Shown here: positions 59,480-64,000 of the stretch, piece by piece
Layout of the letters: every line of letters begins with the position of its first letter
How positions within the stretch are numbered: position 1 is the stretch's first letter
Source: an uncultured Prevotellaceae bacterium
Lineage (GTDB): Bacteria > Bacteroidota > Bacteroidia > Bacteroidales > Bacteroidaceae
Direction: 5' to 3'
Length of the DNA stretch: 64,000 nt
NCBI GenBank assembly: GCA_900318555.1
Contig: ONKX01000023.1
Span: forward strand, 13,201-77,200
The notes under the pieces: generated by a model
Databases searched by the model: none
The model's input: only the letters and a program-made list of their open reading frames with translations
Told to the model about the DNA's origin: nothing
Program-made: the position numbers and the translations under genes

Positions 59480-59776
59480 CTATGTAGATGTTTTCAAGGT
59501 AAGAAACAGGGGTAACACACACAATGAATAATTATTGCAAAATAGGGTTGGAAATTAGGGTGCGAAAATGGTGGATTTTTGCGTTTTTATTTGCGGCAAT
59601 GATGAAATTTTCGTACCTTTGCATTGTCAATGAGAACGACGGAATGAACGCGGCAGGCACGGAAAATTATCGCCCTGGCCAAGCAGAAAATTCTCCCTGG
59701 GCAGGCCGCAAAAACGAAGTCCTATCGGCGACACGAGACAACAAACCTATGTTTAACTAAAATTTTTTACAGATTT

Positions 59777-60304
59777 ATGGCACTGAAAGTAAAAGCTATT
59801 GAGAAGAAAATCAAATTTAGTAAGACCGACCCCGGCGTGTGGCGCTACGTGATGAGCCCCGAGCTGTACACCCCGCTGACGCAGGCGAAGGTCATCAAGG
59901 AAGCTGCCCTGCGCAGCGGTGTGAGCCGAGGCGTGATGCAGGCCTGCTGGGATGCAGCCGGTGAGGTGATCAAGGCGTGGGCAACGGAGGGTCACTCGGT
60001 GGCACTGCCCGGACTGGGTACGATGCGCTTCGGTCTGCGAAGCAAGGCCGTGGAGGACGTGAACGACGTGAAGACGAGCCTGATCTCGAGCCGTCGCATC
60101 ATCTTCACCCCCAGCGTGGACCTGAAGGACGAGTTGGCGAACACCGCCATCCAGATTACCTGCTACGACCGCAACGGCGAAGAGGTGAAGCGCGTGACCT
60201 CTACCTCTGGCGAGGTTGAGGACCCCGAGAACGAATCTACGGATTCCGGTAACAACGGAACCAACGGTGGCGGCTCGCAGTCAGTAACTCTGACTTCGCC
60301 TTGA
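59777..60304 (+). CDS. HU-family DNA-binding protein
   Basis: ATEGHSVALPGLGTMRFGL, RRIIFTPS. Confidence 0.85.
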   Translation: MALKVKAIEKKIKFSKTDPGVWRYVMSPELYTPLTQAKVIKEAALRSGVSRGVMQACWDAAGEVIKAWATEGHSVALPGLGTMRFGLRSKAVEDVNDVKTSLISSRRIIFTPSVDLKDELANTAIQITCYDRNGEEVKRVTSTSGEVEDPENESTDSGNNGTNGGGSQSVTLTSP

Positions 60305-60561
60305 CTTCGCCCAGCATCAACGGTAACACGTCGTTCACCGAATCTACTCAGGTGAGCATGAGCGGTCCTGACGGCGCAGAGATCCACTACACCACCGACG
60401 GCAGCACGCCTACGGCTGAGAGCGCGCTGTACAGTGAGGCATTCACGCTGAGCGCAACGACCACCGTCAAGGCTATCGCCATCAAGGACGGCCAGTCGAG
60501 TGAGGTCGCCAGCCGCGTGTTCACCAAGTCTAGCAACGACGACGGCATGGGACAGGATTAA
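60301..60561 (+). pseudogene. Fn3-associated/chitobiase C-terminal domain split from the HU gene by an 11-nt duplication
   Basis: IHYTTDGSTPT...TTTVKAIAIKDG; TGACTTCGCC duplicated at 60291 and 60302. Confidence 0.65.
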
Positions 60562-60626
60562 AAGAGTTCGCCCCCTCGCGGGGCAACTCTTTTAGAGGTA
60601 AGAAGTAAGAGGTAAGAGATTTGATT

Positions 60627-60760
60627 ATGAAGAACAAGCGATTTTGGGATGTGCTGTTGAAGGTGATAGTTCTCTGACCTGAAGGTACAGAGCGACTTCG
60701 TCGGCCGCCACGGCGCTGGGAACCACGTCATGTATGGGATTGGGACCTATTTCGCTTTAG
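60627..60760 (+). pseudogene. Smalltalk-family peptide interrupted by a 32-nt palindromic insert
   Basis: MKNKRFWDVLLKVIV / AATALGTTSCMG; follows an HU gene. Confidence 0.65.
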
Positions 60761-60769
60761 AGCGACTAA

Positions 60770-60809
60770 ACAGCAAAATCCACGCCATGAATGGCGTGGA
60801 TTTTGCTGT
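60770..60809. terminator. Long hairpin between convergent genes
   Basis: ACAGCAAAATCCACGCCAT-GA-ATGGCGTGGATTTTGCTGT. Confidence 0.75.
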
Positions 60810-60838
60810 ATCTGGGAATAGCCCTAAATAAAGGGATC

Positions 60839-61909
60839 CTATAACCTCACGCCGACAAAGGCGCGGGCATGATATTTGTTCTGATTGAAAGCGACATCAC
60901 CGTTGTCGTAGATGGAGTTGCTCATCATGAACGAGGCACCAGCGTTGAAACGTGGCGTGAAGTGATAGACCACGGAGGCACGTTCGTTGAAGATCATATT
61001 GAAACACAGACCGTGGTCACGCTTTTCGTGATAGTCCTTGCCTTGCATGCGGTCAGCAGCAGAACGGCCTTCAAGTTTGTTGTGCTTGTAAACCACGAAG
61101 TTGGGCATGGCCGAGAGGTGGAGCAACCACTGAGAGTGACGGCCAAGTACGAGGTTATAGCCGTAACCGCCACCAATGGCAAGATTGGCAAAAGTGAGGT
61201 GTACGTCGGGAGCCTTCGGACTCCGTTCAATGAGTGCGTCGGTGGTCTTGATGCTACCGCCCTGGAAACTGGCACCCGCCAACCACGAGCCTGCCGAACG
61301 ACGCTGGTAGTAGTTCTGGTACAAGGCTGCGGGGAAGGAGAAGCGACGGTGGTTGAAGCTGTAATAGGCTGCCACGTTGACGATGTTCATGCGCAGTCCT
61401 TCCTCGTCCAGATGGTCCATATCGCCCAGCTTCACATCCCCCGTCAGCGACGTGGCGCGCTGGTAGTTGATGTCGAAACTGATGCGATTGCCGTGGTATT
61501 CGAAATTGAACTCATAGTCATCATAGTCGCCGCGTATCTTCGCTGGGTTAAGCGACAGCGAAACGGCAATGTCGCAGTAGTTCACCTCCAAACCGATGGT
61601 AGTATTCTTTTTAGTATGAAGGTCGTATTTCGACCAGATATCGTTCACCGTACCTTTGGCATGGATGTAGTTACCCGTCTGGTTGACCATCGCCCTCAGC
61701 AGCCATTTTTCCTTAGGCCGGACGACATAGTTCGTATCGTATTTCGAGCGGAAGTAGTTGTTGCTGAGTTTATTGTTCAGGCGCTTCCCCAGACTTTCCT
61801 TTTTCACAATGGAATCGCTTTTGATGCTGTCGGCAGAAACGGACCGTGCATCCGTCTCCACCATAACAGCACAAAACAGGACGATTGGCAGTATTACTCT
61901 AATGCTCAT
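60839..61909 (-). CDS. DUF4421-like outer-membrane beta-barrel protein
   Basis: YDTNYV, YSFNHRRFSFPAA, QRRSAGSW, GGGYGYN, C-terminal FVGVRL. Confidence 0.75.
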   Translation of the reverse strand: MSIRVILPIVLFCAVMVETDARSVSADSIKSDSIVKKESLGKRLNNKLSNNYFRSKYDTNYVVRPKEKWLLRAMVNQTGNYIHAKGTVNDIWSKYDLHTKKNTTIGLEVNYCDIAVSLSLNPAKIRGDYDDYEFNFEYHGNRISFDINYQRATSLTGDVKLGDMDHLDEEGLRMNIVNVAAYYSFNHRRFSFPAALYQNYYQRRSAGSWLAGASFQGGSIKTTDALIERSPKAPDVHLTFANLAIGGGYGYNLVLGRHSQWLLHLSAMPNFVVYKHNKLEGRSAADRMQGKDYHEKRDHGLCFNMIFNERASVVYHFTPRFNAGASFMMSNSIYDNGDVAFNQNKYHARAFVGVRL

Positions 61910-64000
61910 AATCTACAGGTGATTCCAACCTTGGTTTCAAAGGTTTTTGCAACCACAGTGCTGTTCTGACGTAATATCAGATCCTTTTCATAATAATAAT
62001 TGTAGTGCGTGCGGCGCCAATAGAAGGATCCTGAGAGGTTGACCGACCACTGCCTGGCCACGTGGAACTCAATGATTGGATTGAGGACAAACAGCGCAGC
62101 ATTACTGTTATCACCCTGCACATTCAGGTAGTGCAGGTCCCTCTCGCCACTGACGTAGGGCTGAAGGTCTCTGTCCTCGTAGCCCTTCCAGGTGTAGAGA
62201 CGGAAGTATTTGGCATTGAGGATGATGCGACCGAAGCGACCGAAGTCGAGCTGTGTCTTCGACTTGATACTGAAACCACTACCCATGTTGTAGTCGCGCT
62301 CGATAACGTTGAAGTAGTCGCTCTTGGTACCACCGAGCAGGATGCCACTCACAAAGACACGCTGCTCCATCCTGGAGAGGGCACCGGTCTGAGGCATCGA
62401 CAAGATAAAGCCAGGACCGAAACCGGCAGCCTCGCTGATGCGATAAGGAATCAGATCGGAGCCGTCCTTAATGGGGTTGGAGTCGTAATAGTTGAAGTGC
62501 TGGTAGATACCAAACTCGGCAGCCATACCCTGTCCGTCCTTGGTCTTAGCAGGACGGTCGATAATCGGCGTACTCCAGAGTCGTCCTACGATGCTGATGT
62601 TGTTGACCGTCTTCTGACCGCCACCGATACTGATGGTAGCGTCGAGGTCGAAGAAGTCGTAGGGAGTCTTGTGGCTTTCACCGTCAACAGATGTGCCATA
62701 GAGCAGGTTGAAGTTCAGATAGGGTGCGTGGACACCACGGAACAAGGCACCGTCATCGGCCAGATAGCGCCAGCCGACAGAGAACGACACGTCGACGGGT
62801 ATCTCGTGGAAGTTATGGTAGCGATAGTGGTCGCTACGTACACGCCAGGCATCGCCGCTGACAATACGGTGAATACCCTGTATGGGGTTGATGATGGTAG
62901 CGGCGGCCTCACGCCAGAAGCGCTTCCAGCCACGGTCACGGTCGTCAAGGATAGTACGGCTCAGCCGGTGGGTCATTTCACCGAGTGCCATACCACCACA
63001 CGTCGTAGCAATAATGTCGTTGATGGCTGGTGGCTCCGTCTCGCCCAGGAATTCCCACATCGCTGAACCCAACAGGGAGAATGGTGCTGACTCCCAGAAT
63101 GTCAGTCCGTTCGTACGTGCGGCATTGAAGTAGAGGTTGCCGTGATACGGATGGGCAAACATGTTGGTGACGAAGAAGTCGTTATCCCACACCATTCCGT
63201 CGGTAAAGTTACGCTTCAGTGAATTCAAAGTGGTCTGTGCAAAGTCTGAGTTCAACACCCAGCGGTCGAACAGCTGTACGCCCACATTGATAGCCGTCAC
63301 CTCGGCAAGTGCGCGCCAAGGGTGTTTCTCGGAAGGCAATGCCATCGTGGAGTCGGTGTATTCCAACTTTTGCCGTTTCTCCTCCCATGCCCGCATCCAT
63401 GTTCCATGCTGGTCGCGGGACTGACGAACAGTCAGACCCAGTTCAAACAACGGGCGGTTGCGGTATGTCTCGTTACGATTGTAGTATCGTGTCAGTCCCC
63501 AGCCCACCGAGGCAAATGCGCCAAAGCGCTTGTTGAACTGATAGTCGGCATTGATTCGAGCCTGCAGTGAGTATAGGCGTTCCGGACCTTCGTCCGAATT
63601 CTTATGGAACGTCTCCACATGGTAATATCCTACGTCACCGCTCAGACTCCATTTGTCCGACAGTTGTTTGTACTGTCCCAAGCGGTAGAATATGGCACCC
63701 GAGAACTTCGAGTCAAGACCCATGAAGTGAGTACCGACGCCAAAAATATTATAGGTACTCTTATTACGATAGCGGGCAGCGACGTTGACCTTCGTGGAAC
63801 TGCCGCCATAGAACATCAAGTCAATGGTAGTAGCGGGATTGATGTTTATCAGGCCTATCTTATGACCGATACTGTCGTACGACAGGTTGACAATACCCAC
63901 CTGCCAGCCCTTGGGACGCTTGCGGGCTACGTTGAACAGACCAATCTGTGCACCGTCCAACGAGTCGGCATAATTGATGGCACCTAACTGCCAGCCATTC
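61906..64000 (-). CDS. DUF3943 domain outer-membrane protein (5' end outside window)
   Basis: WDNDFFVTNMFAHPYHG.LYF..AR, WEFLGETEPP.IND; GxQIG repeats; frame stays open to the window edge. Confidence 0.8.
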   Translation of the reverse strand, partial: NGWQLGAINYADSLDGAQIGLFNVARKRPKGWQVGIVNLSYDSIGHKIGLININPATTIDLMFYGGSSTKVNVAARYRNKSTYNIFGVGTHFMGLDSKFSGAIFYRLGQYKQLSDKWSLSGDVGYYHVETFHKNSDEGPERLYSLQARINADYQFNKRFGAFASVGWGLTRYYNRNETYRNRPLFELGLTVRQSRDQHGTWMRAWEEKRQKLEYTDSTMALPSEKHPWRALAEVTAINVGVQLFDRWVLNSDFAQTTLNSLKRNFTDGMVWDNDFFVTNMFAHPYHGNLYFNAARTNGLTFWESAPFSLLGSAMWEFLGETEPPAINDIIATTCGGMALGEMTHRLSRTILDDRDRGWKRFWREAAATIINPIQGIHRIVSGDAWRVRSDHYRYHNFHEIPVDVSFSVGWRYLADDGALFRGVHAPYLNFNLLYGTSVDGESHKTPYDFFDLDATISIGGGQKTVNNISIVGRLWSTPIIDRPAKTKDGQGMAAEFGIYQHFNYYDSNPIKDGSDLIPYRISEAAGFGPGFILSMPQTGALSRMEQRVFVSGILLGGTKSDYFNVIERDYNMGSGFSIKSKTQLDFGRFGRIILNAKYFRLYTWKGYEDRDLQPYVSGERDLHYLNVQGDNSNAALFVLNPIIEFHVARQWSVNLSGSFYWRRTHYNYYYEKDLILRQNSTVVAKTFETKVGITCRL

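Noticed and set aside
59524-59760. 78-aa ORF upstream of the HU gene
   Set aside because: It spans the -7 promoter box and leader of the HU gene and has no protein-like features.
36000-60840. Prophage or ICE with att sites
   Set aside because: No integrase, structural or conjugation genes; I found no flanking direct repeat or tRNA.
1-64000. Window-wide TAG recoding
   Set aside because: higA and the SPFH gene end at TAG at the expected lengths, and long genes have no internal TAG.

Overview
Bacteroidota chromosomal segment, most likely Prevotella-like (TAnnTTTG -7 promoter boxes, heptamer microsatellites, T9SS-type C-terminus). About 1-12 kb and 15.7-36 kb are housekeeping: ftsE, lysC, lysA, fbp, folK, map, htpG, thrS, def, ruvX, transporters. 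A decayed patch at 12.4-15.6 kb holds a truncated primase, intact higBA, a deleted T9SS gene and a broken GH3. A ~25-kb accessory island (about 36-60.8 kb) has no visible integrase. It is bounded by HU+VirE/VapE on the left and HU+smalltalk on the right. Its core is a minus-strand cluster: candidate structured RNA, CSD/TPR-NTPase, NTPase with an Rx4H (HEPN-like) tail, WYL regulator, DUF3825, a paralogous pair of unknown genes, Pif1-like helicase-TPR, wHTH regulator, DnaB and a mini-WYL. Two sets of operator-like palindromes sit at fixed spacing from its promoters. Next to virE is a ~410-bp element of 11-bp iterons and palindromes, symmetric in position about 39048. Family calls come from reading motifs by eye; no database search was run.
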